This document shows positions 1-12,504 of a DNA stretch of 64,000 nucleotides, piece after piece (positions within the stretch are counted from its first letter, which is position 1; the number at the start of each line of letters is the position of its first letter). The notes beneath the pieces are model-generated. The model saw nothing but the letters and a program-made list of their open reading frames with translations. It was not told the origin of the DNA and did not search any database. Source of the stretch: Chrysemys picta bellii (taxonomy: Eukaryota); the NCBI RefSeq assembly GCF_011386835.1, contig NC_088807.1, positions 3,472,001-3,536,000 on the forward strand. Reading direction: 5' to 3'. A program made the translations under genes and the position numbers.

Positions 1-870
1 CTGGGGACTGCTGCTGTCCACAGCCTTTCTTTACCATTTTTCTCCTTGTCTTGTCCTTCCCCCCCACCCCCCCAGAGTATTCCCTCTGGAGTTAGTGGCA
101 TTACTTGCAGGAGTAAAGTTTGCCTGCTAGAGGCCTAAGTTGTCCAGCAAGTCAGAAGGAGAAGGAGAAGCTCGAGTCCTTATGCAGTTCTGCTGCTTGA
201 CCAGTACGTTTAACCGTGTTTCTGTGTGTTGCAGATGCCGATCCAGACATACTCCTGGTGCCTCATGATGGCGCATCTGCTTTATGTTCACTGTTAAGCC
301 CCCTGACCTCTGACCACTAACTAAGACCGTGGTGCCCACCCACTGCTGCTTTGAGGAAGCCGGGATATTTGCAGATGTTTTTCTTTGTCAGGTTAATGCA
401 TTCAGCTGATAATTCACCAGCAGCAAGTGTTACACCAGGGACGAACGTGGCTCTGGATTTTTCCTAAGAAGGTGTAGATTTCCTCTTGCTTTCCCCCTTC
501 TCTCCCCACCCCCATTACAAAATTTGGCCCACGTCTGTTTTTTGAGGTAGCTTTTTGTTCAAAAGTGGAAACTCTTACTAGCTTGTTTGTTCATACTGCG
601 CACTTAACTCGCCTCTTCGAAATGTGCGCAATTGAATCTGGGGATTTTTTGATTTGAGATCGATTGCTTTGACAAGCGCCTACATCTCGGTGTCCCTGAG
701 AAACTTGGGAAAGGGGTTGCCGCATATGCTCGCCTACACCAGAGGAGCCAGCCAGATGACTGAGTCAACCAGTTGCATTTAATAACTTTTGTACTATGGA
801 ATTGGCTAGGGTGAGCCAGCTGATGGGTTGTCGCCTGTTCTGTAGTTTATTAACTTCCCTCTATTCCTCT

Positions 871-993
871 TAGGGTGACCAGATGTCCCGATTTTTATAG
901 GGACAAGCCTGATTTTTTGGGTCTTTTTCTTATATAGGCTCCTATTTCCTCCCCCCCGTCCCGATTTTTCACATTTGTTGTCTAGTCACCCTA
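871..993. mobile_element. hAT (Blackjack/MER81-like) MITE
   Basis: Termini TAGGGTGACCAGA ... TCTAGTCACCCTA; 8-bp TSD attcctct/gttcctct (1 mismatch). Confidence 0.85.
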
Positions 994-1399
994 GTTCCTC
1001 TTCTGACCCGGGACTGTGGCGTGTGGTTTTTGGTTTTGTTTTTAAATGAAGTATCCTTACTATGCATTCACTGGATGGTCCATATCGGCTTGACGATGAG
1101 CAGGTGACTATAAGGCCACCAGCGCTGCCTATAATAGTGAGTAGAGGGAGTTGAAGCTCAGGTTTGTGTCGATGACCAGATATTTTCTTGTCTGACCAAG
1201 GTGGCTGGTGTAGGGAACACTGGGTTACAAGGGCTGTGCATTTACCAGCTGCTAGAAGAGTTGCCTTTCAGACATAGAAACATATTGTTATACCGAGGGT
1301 TTCTTTCTTGTCCGTTTGGATTGCTAACTCCTCAAGGAATGCATCGGTCATTATTTTTATCGTGTGTAGGGTTGGGGCCATAGTTGGTACTTTAACAAA

Positions 1400-1780
1400 T
1401 GAGAGTTTGGAAAACAGGTTTGATATCCATCCCCTCTGTCACATTATCAATGGCCAAGAAGATCTCTCTCGTGTGCTCACTTTCGTCTTCGCTCCAGAGT
1501 GGACTATAGCTCATTGGGTTGGCTTTCCTTTCCTCCAGATATAACTTGTCTGGTCCAAAGGAAGGAAGAGGATGGGTAGGTGAGAGGATGGTGCTTGTCA
1601 GAATCATCTTAGATGGACAAACTCTTCATTTTCTCTGTGCCAGTTTCTGGAAGATTTCTTTGTTTCAGCAGCGATTTGCCAGCACTTTGAACTGCAACTG
1701 GGCAGGACCAAAGCTGTATCTTTGATTTTTAGAGGACACAGATGCTTAATGGTGTAAACAGACTTTCATTGTTGCCTGGC
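1400..1780 (-). mobile_element. Highly degenerate L1-clade LINE ORF2 fragment (tentative)
   Basis: Interrupted minus-strand translations SKMIL and LPLDQTSYIWRKGKP recall the L1 ORF2 post-RT region (KMxILP...FIWxGKKP). Stops and frameshifts are present. Confidence 0.35.
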
Positions 1781-2282
1781 TTTGTTTATAAAACCAAAAC
1801 AAAACACATTTGGGTCCACCCCATGGCCAGATTTCCTGTGTAATGCCAATCCAGAGCACAGCTCTAAGCCCTCTGTAAAACCCTCTTGAGTCCGCTTTGA
1901 ACTTTGCGTAGTGGAGTTACTGAAATGGTAATAACAGACTATCCAGTGTCAAATTCCTGATCTGAGTCTGTATTTTAAAAACCCCAACCCAGAACACTGA
2001 TCTGGAAACACTATCTGGAAATCTGACGCTCTGTTTTAAAAACGGTGCCTTCCCCCCACGTAAAGGGGAATATGGGCACTTTGATTTCTGCCCAAGATCA
2101 ACAAAACTACACCCAAGTAAAAGTGTTTTGTACTTCACTAAAAAGGAATGGGATCAGGCTGTGCGGCTCACAGCTGCAACCCCTGGACTCCCTGGCACCG
2201 CAGTTCTGACCCCAGCTGGGTCAGCTCAGCCCCTTTATTCTTTCGGAGGCAGATAAACTGGCATCCAGGAAGGGAGTCAAGG

Positions 2283-2620
2283 GACATAGGACTGGAAGGG
2301 GCCCTCCTGCCTCAAGTCCAGTCCCTGCTATCACCGTCAACTCTGTGAGATCATCCCATTCAGAAACATACCAAGCGCCAACTTAGAACAGGTTTGGTGG
2401 TTTGCCCCCGCTGCTACTGTTGCAAGGTTATTCCAGAACCTCCCTCCTCTGATGGCTAGAAACCACCTTCTCCAGCCTCCATTGATCCCTGACTAGTTTA
2501 TCCCCATTTGTTCTTGTGCCAGCAGCGTCCTTTAGCTTCAATAGCTCTTCTCTCTCCCTGGTGTTTACCCCCCCCCCCCCCTTTTCAGCCTCTTCTTATG
2601 AGGCGTCCTGTCCAATTAAA
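2283..2620 (-). mobile_element. CR1 LINE 3' fragment
   Basis: Typical antisense CR1 3' sequence (ggactggaagggg..., ttccagaacctccctcctctgatggctagaaac, ccccatttgttcttgtgcc). Confidence 0.7.
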
Positions 2621-4989
2621 GGCCCGTCGTATCACTGACCTGAAGTAACACTCGGACTTCAGTGGTTCAGGAGCCAAGAAAGAGCCACGGTAGTGTGACC
2701 TGATAGTAAATGAACTAATCTATGTACATACATACTGTGAATGTGTGTGTAACATTCTCACCGCAAAATGACTGACCAGCTATTCTATAATTGGTTAAGA
2801 ACATAGTAAAGGCATCCTGATTGGCCAGTAACTTGGATTGGTTGGTTGGTTAATTGAATCGGTGTTTTAATATGTGCTGCAAAGAGCCATTTGCGGGTCC
2901 CGAGCCTCAGTCTGAGTATCACTGCCTTTAGGTGCAATATATGGGCCCGAAGAGTCAAAGGCCTGTAACTGTCCAACATTAAACCGTTTTAAACAAGGTT
3001 CAGGCTTTGCTAGACGGAGACCTCTGCCTGTTGAGTACCATGGTGCAAACACCGTTAGAAATCCGTTCGAACCTTTAATAAAAGAAAAACCGATACAGCA
3101 TTTGAAATGTAAAGTACTAAATAAGGCAACATCCCTTGTCCCTTTCGATCTACCCAGAGAGACTTTTTTAGAAAGACACCTCCACCCCCCGTTTGACAGT
3201 CTCTTAGATGGCTTTACACATGGTAATAACTGTCCTTTTGGGGAAAAGGAAGACACTTAGTTGAGATGGGCTGGAGCTGTTGCTGTTAGTCTGTTCCTGT
3301 TTCCTAGAAGGCAAAGCAAGACCAACACCCACCAGGGGAAAGAAAAGAACAGCAAAGCTAGAAAATGCAGCGTCTGTCTCTGGTTCTGATTCTCACTTGC
3401 AACCTTGCTGCTGGAGGAGGAATAGGCCCACCATATGGTCTGATCAGCCATTCTGAAACCTGGCAAGTTGCTGCCAGCATCAGACTAGGGAACAGCTGTT
3501 TCTGCAGAATCTATAGTCTTGGCCGGCTAAGCCCCATATTAGACAGAAGGCAGGGCAGGGGGTGCGGGGAGATGTGACTAGAGGTGTCTAATGTGTGGCT
3601 TACATCACAGGTGGTGATCAGGATTTAGCCAGAGCCGGTAGAGACGGCACTGTCATCTGGCTCTCTCTCTGGCCCAGTCTAGTTGGGACATCTCTCAGGA
3701 TCAGGATGAAGAAGGTCCATGGTCCTAGGAGGTGGTGGGGATGGCAGCCATATGATGGTGAAGCTCTCTTCTTCCTCTTCTTCTCTTTTCTTTCAGTCAG
3801 CCAGCATCGCGATAGCCTCTCTGCCCGTCCATCTCTAACTTCCCCAAAAGTTTGTTCTGTTTAAGAACCCAAAAGGGAATGATGGGTGGAATAGCCCTTC
3901 CCCTCATTATTTTGCTCACCCATTCGGCCGAGTTTCTGACCCATCAATTTTCGTTCATTGACTTCCAGTCCCACCCCCTCTTGTTTGCCAGGCACAACTT
4001 TAACACAGTCCTTGAGTTATATCTGTAGGCCTTTTTGTTTGGACTAACCTAGCTCCCCCCCCCCCTCTTTTTTCGTAGATTTTCTCATCAACATGTTATA
4101 AGTTAGTGTGACACTTTATAAACTTTCTCACCGTTGAGCTCGCAATTTAAGGTGTATTTGTAAGCCCAGTTATCACTACAGGCACCACCAGGAATCTCTT
4201 TTTGTGGTGCTGTTTGGGTCATTACCACGTGGGCTTTCCTTCTGAGCAGCATCTCTGTGATCCCACAGCATGCGAAGACTTGTACATCAGTCAGATCTAT
4301 CCCTGATTCAGTCCGCTAGCGGTGGAGCAGCATACACATTACTGAAACAGATACTTATTCTTATCAATTGACTGGGATTTGGAAAACTTTGAGAGCTAAT
4401 CCTACAAACAATACCTCATACGAGCCTGGAAGCCTTTGGGGTCATTTTATCTAACGATTGCTCATATGAGGATTGGGTTCTTGGTTGCTTCAGTTGTCCC
4501 CATGCAGAGGAGCGCCCCATAAACATCTGCAAAGCTACCCCCATGTCCTCCTTTGCCGTCATGCCTACGAACACTTGGCAGGAGAGGAACCTGGTGTGCT
4601 GTGACCGATACCGTCTCATAGTTTCCTTGTGCGCCTCTGTTTGTCTACCACTTGTTATCTCTTGTCTTATCGGTAGATTGACTCTCCCTGCCCTATAAAG
4701 ATTATGTTTTGGTCTGTCTGTACGCTACCTAGCACAGTCGGGTCCTGGGCCATGATTGGGATTCCTAGGCACTACCACAGTAGAAATAAGTTTTACCACT
4801 GAAGCCTTTCTTACCTACTGTCTATATCTGTGTAGCGTGAGTGCCCCTCAGAAGTTACGTTTCCCTGCCAGCAGAGGTAGACCTGGACGATCGATGGAAT
4901 GTTTGCGTGGGTTCGTGAGTAGCGTGTATGTATGCAGAACTTTGGGGGGGAAGGCAACCCAAAGAGGGGATTTCCTCCATTAGTCAAGA

Positions 4990-5291
4990 CAGTAGAACCT
5001 CAGAATTATGAACACCTCGAGGAATGGAGGTTGTTCTTAACTCGGAACAAAACGCTACGGTTCTTTCAAAGTTTGCAGCTAACATTGACTTAATACAGCT
5101 TTGAAATTTTACGATGCAGAAGAAAAATGCTGTTTCCCCCTTTATTTTTTAATAGTTTAACACAGAACTGTACTGTGTTTGCCGCTTTTGGGGAAGGGGG
5201 AGGGTGTTTGTCTCTGCTGTTGCCTGTGTGCTTCTGGTTCCAAATGAGGGGTGTGGTTGACTAGTCGGTTCGTAACTCTGAGGTTCTACTG
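4990..5291. mobile_element. Tc1/mariner (Tigger/pogo-like) MITE
   Basis: 24-bp TIR CAGTAGAACCTCAGAATTATGAAC versus reverse-complemented end CAGTAGAACCTCAGAGTTACGAAC (22/24). The expected TA TSD is not intact (ga / tg). Confidence 0.7.
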
Positions 5292-7126
5292 TGGGGGAGG
5301 AACGGACCTGCCACCGGAGGCTGTGGTCCTTCAGTGGCTAGGGTCGTAAATAACTTTTAAACTATTAAAACTGTACCGGTTAAACACTTAACCGTTAGGC
5401 TCCGCTGCCATCCTTCATGCCCAGGATTCCCTTCCTCTTAGTAATTTTTTACTTACCGGCACCCCCTCTTCCCCCCCCCCCCCCCCCCCCCCACGTACCG
5501 GATTAAAAAAAGCTTTTACTGTCCTTCTATTTAGACACCTAAATATTTATTTATTTAGGCACCTAAACTTTTATTTATTTATTTTTATTTAAGGAGCAGA
5601 AGTTTGAAAACAGGGGCTGTCATTTTTTCCCTGACAGTTTCTTGTCAAGTTTGCAAGCAGATGACACAACAGGACATGAAGTATGTCTAATATTTTAAAG
5701 TAACTCTACTCTGGGAGACCCCAGGAGGCGGCTACCCCTGTTTTTGTAGGAAAAGTTGAATTTGCTCAGTGGCGGCGAGGTCCAGGGGCGTCTCGCTGTT
5801 CTAGACGTTGTGGTATCTTTATGACCCATCTAGTTTTCAAGCTGTTTGGCCTTTTTCTCCTCAACTATCCACTCCAAAGAGCCATGAACACAGTTCAGCT
5901 GAGCGCTGCTCCATGTGCCAGTTTGAGCGATAAGGAGGGCAGGTGTCGAAATGTCACCAGATCTTGGCACGCTCGGACTCGGGCTGTGCAAACATTAGGC
6001 AATGCTGCCTGAAGTTGTTCCTGTCACAAAGGAGCAAGGCCATGCTCTGGTTTTAATCCAGGAGACGATCTCCTTTCTTTATACGGTATTGCCCCTCCAG
6101 TGCCTGTAACTACCTCAGAGTCCACTGATTTTCTCGGCTCTCCCCTGGGTCCCAGGCAGAGTGACCCCACCCCCCAGCTCATTACGACAAGCACTGAACC
6201 AATGGTCTAGTGATGTGGAAACATCCAACGTCCACAGCCCGCAGGAGGGAATAGCTTGTTGTAGGGAACCCCTGTACATGTCAGTAGCCATTGGGGGGGG
6301 TAGGTATTGGGTCGGACTGAGCTGCAGTGCTCAGAGCCATCGCAGGGCGGCTGGTTCCAGTGGCAGTCGTGTTACTTGGCATACGTTGCCATGTGGTCTC
6401 AGGAGGGTGTTGCTTTCTGACCACGTTAGTGTCCCGGCCTGATCGTTCACGCATACTGCAGACCATCTGCCTGGTACAGCCTGGAGGGAGAAGTGGGTTG
6501 TGTTTGCCAAAGATTAGATAGGGCGGATGCACTCTGAATATCCAGGGCTGAAGACCCTCTTCTGCTTTTTGAATTTGGGACACATTTTCTCCTGACATTG
6601 GGAGACGCCTCTCCTAAAACGCACCATAACATTCTCCTCCCCATCCCGACTGGCCTGAACACCAGCTTTCCCAGACTTCAGCTTGATTCTGGATGAACTC
6701 CCGTGACTAGTAATGGAGGGATTCCTGCTCCCGTCTACATGTGGCTGAGATCTTCTCTGTTCTCTAAGCAGTCAGGATGAGAGTTGTGGGAAGAAGGCTT
6801 AAACATAATGCTTTTGTGAAAGCTTGTACCGAGCACCTTCTTGGCCTTGCCCCTCTAGGAGCCAGGTTGTAACAGAATGTGGTGCTAGCATCCTTCCCCT
6901 TTCAGAGCATGTGCCTTTTCAGTTGATATCAAGCTCCGTTTCCCAGGTGTGCTATGGTGCATTGGAAACCCGGGCTCACCCTCATATTGTCCACACACAC
7001 GCATCTGTCTGCTTTGGGTCAGCAAGCACTCGGGTCCCAGGCCCCGTCCAGGGAGGATGGGGGTCTAAGCACAAGTCCTGCTGAGACTCTGGTCCAAACC
7101 CTATCATTTTGCAGTGTGGACACGTC

Positions 7127-8259
7127 TAGGGTGACCAGACCACAGGGATGAAATATCGGGACACGGGGGGGGCGGAGCAAAAAAAAAATGGCGGCGGAGC
7201 CAAAAAAAAAAAAAAAAAAAAAGCAGTTTCGCAGGGGCGGGGGGGGCATTAGCAGGCCCCAGCCGCGCCGGGCGCACGTGCTGCCCACCCCAGGGCAAAA
7301 GCTGGCCCCGATGCAGAAGGGGCTAGGGATAAAGAGGGCAGGGGGGGGGACAAGAAACAAAGTCCGGGGCTGGCCACGGCGTGGGCGTGCAAGGGGCCAG
7401 GGCTGGCACAGCCGAGCCACAGCAGCGGCCGGTCACCTGTGGGGCTCCAGGCTGGGCAACGGGCAGGAGCCAGGGCTTTTCCCAGCCCTGCAGAGCCTCC
7501 TGCCCCCCAGCCTGCCGTGGGCACATGCAGCGCGTCCCGCCGCCGGCAGGGAGCCCCACGCCTCTCCCGCTCGGCTGCGCTCCAGCGGCTCCTTCCAGGC
7601 GGGGCGAGCCGCTGGAGCGCGGCCAAGCAAGAGAGGCGCGGGGCTCCCTGTCAGCAGCGGGGAAGTTTATGGGGACCCCGGCTGGCCCCTCGCCCCTGTC
7701 CGCCGGCCTCCCTGCCTGGGACAAGTCTCGCCCCCGCAGCCTCTCTTCGCCGCGTGTCTCCGGCGGCCCACGCTGCCCACCCGGGCCAGAGCCAGCCCCG
7801 GCTGCTGCCTCCACAGCAGCGGCCGGTCTCCTGAGGGGCTCTCCGGGGCTCCAGGCTGGGCAACGGGCAGGAGCCAGGGCTTTTCCCAGCCCTGCAGAGC
7901 CTCCCGCTCCCCAGCCCGCCGTGGGCACATGCGGCGCGTCCCGCCGCCGGCATGGGAGCCCCGCGCCTCTCCCACTCGGCTGCGCTCCAGCGGCTTCTTC
8001 CCGGCGGGGCCGCGGCAACTTTCCCTTCCCCTCCCAGGCTCCTGGTAGTTGCCCGACCCTCCTCCTAACCTCCTCCCTCCATTGAGAGATCCAATGGGGG
8101 AAGGAGGGGGCGGAGTCGGGGTTGGGGGGGCGTGAGCGCCGGAGCCGAGGGTAAATTTCCTTCTTTGTCCCGCGTCCCGACCGAACATCGGTCGGGACGC
8201 GGGACAAAGAAGGAAATATCGGGACTGTCCCGATAAAATCGGGACGTCTGGTCACCCTA
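7127..8259. mobile_element. Non-autonomous hAT (Blackjack-like) element, 1133 bp, GC/CpG-rich with an internal duplication
   Basis: TIR TAGGGTGACCAGAC ... GTCTGGTCACCCTA; 8-bp TSD gacacgtc/gacgcgtc; internal block at about 7441-7640 repeated at about 7845-8010. Confidence 0.9.
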
Positions 8260-8451
8260 GACGCGTCTCAAGCCGCAGAAGGTCTGTGTGGTTCAGTAGG
8301 GACTCGTTAGCCCCGTTGTAAGACCTGGCTTCAGCAATTATAAACCCAGGTTTACAACGCAGTGTGGATCCTCAAGTACGGGCTTAAAAATACCAAGTCC
8401 TCATGGCCAAGTCCTACAGATGAGAGTCCATAATGCAGTGTAGACGTACCC

Positions 8452-8640
8452 ATAGAGCCTTTCATCTCTAGGCCACTGGTTCTAATCCAGGTCAGTACTG
8501 AAACTGGGGGGCTATCTGGTGGTGGCCTATGTGAAATTAGTTGCTGAGGCTCGGACCAATTCCCATTGTATCTGTATCATGAACAATACCCACAGTTGAC
8601 GTTAACGATGTCCCATTGTCAGCCCTCGTTAGAGACGAAC
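8452..8640 (+). mobile_element. LF-SINE relic (partial)
   Basis: agagcctttcatctctaggccactggttctaatccag...ggtggcctatgtgaaattagttg matches the remembered LF-SINE core. Confidence 0.6.
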
Positions 8641-8710
8641 ACCCTCTCCCCCCCCCCCCCCCCCGACCTGTAGAATCGGTCCCTTTATGCTCCTAGCTGA
8701 TATCCTATGG

Positions 8711-9432
8711 CAGGGGTGGCCAACCTGTAGGTCTGCAGCCACATGCGGCTCTTCAGACGTGAATATGCGGCTCCTTGTGTAGGCACCGACTCCAGGGCTG
8801 GAGCTACAGGCGCCAACTTTCCAGTGTGCTGGGGGGAGCTCCCTGCTCAACCCCTGGCTCTGCCACAGGCCCTGCCCCCACTCCACCCCTTCCTGCCTCC
8901 TCCCCAGAACCTGCCGTGCCCTCGCTCCTCCCCTTCCCCCCAGAGCCTCCTGCACGCCAGGAAACTGCTGATCGGGAGGTGCAGGCGCTGATCAGTGGGG
9001 CTGCGGGTGGGCAGGGGCAGCTCTGTTGTTTGGCTGCCCTAAGCCCGGCAGTCAGGCGGCCTTCGGCCGGACGCCTGCGGGTGGTCCGCTGGTCACGCGG
9101 ATTCGGCGGCATTTCTGCGGATGATCTGCCGGTCCCACGCCTTGGGTGTACCCGCCGCCGAAGCCGCGGGACTGGCGGACCTCCCGCAGGCATGCCGCCG
9201 AAGGCTGCCTGACTGCCGCCCTCACAGCAACTGGCAGGCTGTCCCCCGCAGCTGGCCACCCAAGGCACGCGCTTGCTGCGCTGGTGCCTGGAGCCGTCCC
9301 TGTGGGTGGGCGGGAGGCACTGGGAGTGGGGCGGGGGAGCTGATGGGGGGCTGCTGACATATTACGGTGACTCTTTGGCAATGTCCATTGGTAAATTCTG
9401 GCTCCTTCTCAGGCTCAGATTGGCCACCCCTG
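8711..9432. mobile_element. Non-autonomous hAT element, 722 bp
   Basis: Perfect 13-bp TIR CAGGGGTGGCCAA / TTGGCCACCCCTG; 8-bp TSD tcctatgg/ccctatgg. Confidence 0.9.
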
Positions 9433-9808
9433 CCCTATGGGCTGGGTTTACAGGATTTCCGAGAGGGGGTGGGTTTTAGGCTTCTGGAATATTGGATTGT
9501 GCCTGACATCAGTCTGAGCAGCATGTACCTAGCTATCCAGAAATGGACATGCTGCCTTCAGGCAGTCTGACGTGAGGGGTAGCCTGGGGAGCAAATCCAG
9601 CCTCTTCGTTCTACGTCGTTGTGGTGCAGGCAATAGTCTAGAGTGCCAAAGATGTAATTTGCCAGGAGCTGCCGTTAATAGCCTCTATAGTCACTTATCG
9701 TATAGCGAATAACTGCACAAGGAAAGGCCAGTTCTCTTTCCGCTCAAGTGGGGGGGAAACTTCAACAGGTTTCAGTGGGAGCAGGGTCTGGCTCAGCGCT
9801 TACAGAAA

Positions 9809-9885
9809 TCATAGACATGTAGGACTGGAAGGGACCTCAGTAGGTCATCTAGTCCAGCCCCCTGTACTGAGGCAGCACATAATAT
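9809..9885 (-). mobile_element. Short CR1 or CR1-mobilised SINE 3' tail fragment
   Basis: tcatagacatgtaggactggaagggacctcagtaggtcatctagtccagccccctg is the antisense CR1 terminal motif. Confidence 0.65.
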
Positions 9886-11041
9886 CGCGAGATAGATGGG
9901 ATTAGAAATTGCTGCTGGGTGAACAGCTCTGTTCTCAGCCTGGGGTTTGCACAGGGAAGGTGTGGATCCGCTCCTGCCTTGCATTGGGTTCTAGCCCTAC
10001 TTCTAATCCTAGTTCCTTCTAGTCCTTTTTACGTAGCTGCTTGGAAGCCAGAAAAGGGGCAAACGGGACAGCGAAAGAAAGAGTCTGTTTTCTAAAGTTG
10101 GTTCCTCTTGGAAAATGCTTAAAGCCATAAAGGGATTATTCTTGAATTGCTTGATTAGCTTCTAAACATCGGCACTTCAAATGTTTGAGATATTTAGTTA
10201 TCACGCGAAATATAAGGTGCCTCGTGGCCCAGGAATCCTTTTGCCTTTCTCGCTAGCACCTTTCATCCACGTTCTTTGCAAATGCCTCATTCTTGTGAGT
10301 TGGACTAATTAGCACCTTTTTTACAAGTAGGGAAACCGAGGCTGAACGGGGCAGTGGCTTACCTGAAGCCACATAGTGGCAGAGCAAGAAATAGAACCCA
10401 CAATTGCTGACTCCAGTCTCTTGTTCCAACCACTAGAGATTGTGCATCTGTGCTCCTGGGCTCTCTTCCCAGCGATCTGTGCTGACGGCTGGACTCTCTC
10501 CCACAGGCAGGAGCAGTGCCTGAGAGAGGAGGACAGCTCTGTGAAGTTACAAGCAAGAGATTGCCTGGTCGGTCACTGCCAGATTTAGATTCACATTCCA
10601 GAGCGGCTTGCCTTTCTGCTCTTCTCCTTGCATCTTAATTGTTAAACTTTATTTTAATGGTTTTATTTTCTTCCTAGTTTAAATATTAATCCAAAATCAG
10701 GGACAACTGGCAAGCAAGTAAGGCAAAATGCCTAGAGGTCAGCTGTTCTGTTGGAAGAATAACAACTCAAGTACAAGCTATTTAATACGGGGAGCGGAGA
10801 GTAAATGAAGGAAGAAAACACAGGAGCACTTTGACTGGGAATATATTTATCCTGTGCCTTTGAGATCTCAGGGCTCTAGAATAAGACTGGTCTTCTCTGT
10901 TCAGACCCAGAGCTGGCCGCCTTGGGATTCTGCCCCCATGTGAAAACGGGGAAGTGACTGGCCCAAGATATCGCAGTGGGTTGGTGGTACAATTGCAAAT
11001 GGAACCCATATCAATCCCGAAACATATATTTCCTTTGCAGA

Positions 11042-11200
11042 AACAACAAGGAGTCCGGTGGCACCTTAAAGACTAACAGCTTTATTTGGGCATAAGCTTT
11101 CGTGGGTAAAAACCTCACATCTTCTTGCATCTTTACCCACGAAAGCTTATGCCCAAATAAATCTGTTAGTCTTTAAGGTGCCACCAGACTCCTTGTTGTT
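11042..11200. mobile_element. Penelope-like pLTR-derived palindrome (two 69-bp inverted arms, 21-nt spacer)
   Basis: 11042-11110 and 11132-11200 are reverse complements with 2 mismatches. The arms match the 3' terminus of the Penelope element at 36781-36850. Confidence 0.85.
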
Positions 11201-12323
11201 TTTGTAGATACAGACCAACACGGCTACCCCCTGATACTTTCCTTTGCAGGTTACTTTTAAGCTATCTGTAGCCTTAAGAAATGAAAATCAAAACTAACAT
11301 AACGGGCTTCTAAGGGTCTGTCTTCACTGCAGAGTCAACTTGAGCTTGCTCCAGTGAGAGCAGCCGCGCTCTGAAATAACACCCGAGTTGCTGCGTCCAC
11401 ACGGGTACTGCGCTCGTTTATATGTGGCACTAAGATTTGAGGGCGCATCCATCCCATGATTCTTAGCACTGCAGTAAGTTGAGCCGAACCATGAATTCTC
11501 CTGCAGTATGTTGTGGGAGAACGTGTGTGTTTCTTCTGGGCACGTGGTGGGGCTAGCGGGAAGGCACTGGAGGCCCCAGCAGCAGTCAAGTGGCGCTCGC
11601 AGGGTGGCTGTGTTAGCTGGCAGGCTGTGCCCACTCGAGCTCTGGTCTATACGCCTTCTCGGGCCAGCCAACCCTAGTTAACAGCACTACCGTGGGCGAG
11701 TGAAGGGCTACCTGCACGTGTTAAGATCAACGCTCCCTGCAAACAAGCCCTAGTAAGCAATCACACGTGCATTCATTGCAAAGCCTCCCTTGCCCCGAGT
11801 TGGATAGGTGACCCCGAACTCCCCGGTCACCCCTGGCAGAGGTCCCTCGAGGTCAGGGTTGGGGGGAGGAAGCATGCTGTGTCTTTTGCTGTGTACCTGC
11901 TCTCTAGATAAAGGCCTTCGCTCTCTGGGGCTGTCAATCCAGCACCATTCACTGGAGCTAGCTTAATTAGGTAAAAATAAATGACTTTTTTTTTTTTTCC
12001 TTTGGTACATTAATTAGTTTTACATTAGACACTGGAGCTGCATATGGTGGCTGGTTCCCATTAATTAAAAATGCTTATTTTTAAGCAGAAAAGCATGATG
12101 TGAGACGGGCCAGATTTTTCATCCTACGGTATCAGCGCTGAGTTGAGTTTTCTAGGTGCCCAGGTTGCATCGTGTGTGTGAGAGAGAGGGCGAGCGAGCT
12201 GCTCTCTGGGATGGCCCTGGCTGTTTTCAACTACTGTTGGGTTTAGGTTTTATTTCCCAGTTGATTCGGGGCTGCTTGAGACTTGCAGGAACAAGGCAAA
12301 TAGCATCTAGTACTGGAGGCAGA

Positions 12324-12504
12324 TTATTATTATATGGAGATATACCTCTCAGAGAGCTGGAAGGGACCGTGAAAGGTCATCGAGTCCAGTCCCCTGCCTT
12401 CACAGATTTTTGCCCCAGATCCCTAATGGCCCCCTCAAGGATTGAACTCACAACACTGGGTTTAGCAGGCTGATGCTCAAACCACTGAGCTATCCCTCCC
12501 CCCC
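12324..12504 (-). mobile_element. Turtle polIII/Cry-type tRNA-derived SINE with CR1-like tail
   Basis: Reverse complement reads GGGAGGGATAGCTCAGTGGTTTGAGCATCAGCCTGCTAAACCCAGTGTTGTGAGTTCAATCC (A and B boxes), followed by a CR1-type tail. Confidence 0.9.

Noticed and set aside
235-391. Possible non-coding PAK4 5' exon (ttgcag acceptor at 234, cag|gttaat donor near 391)
   Set aside because: The donor is weak and there is no independent support; such pairs arise by chance.
7188-8255. Overlapping ORFs of 234-310 aa on both strands
   Set aside because: They lie within a GC-rich non-autonomous hAT element, where stop codons are rare. The peptides are low-complexity with no domain.
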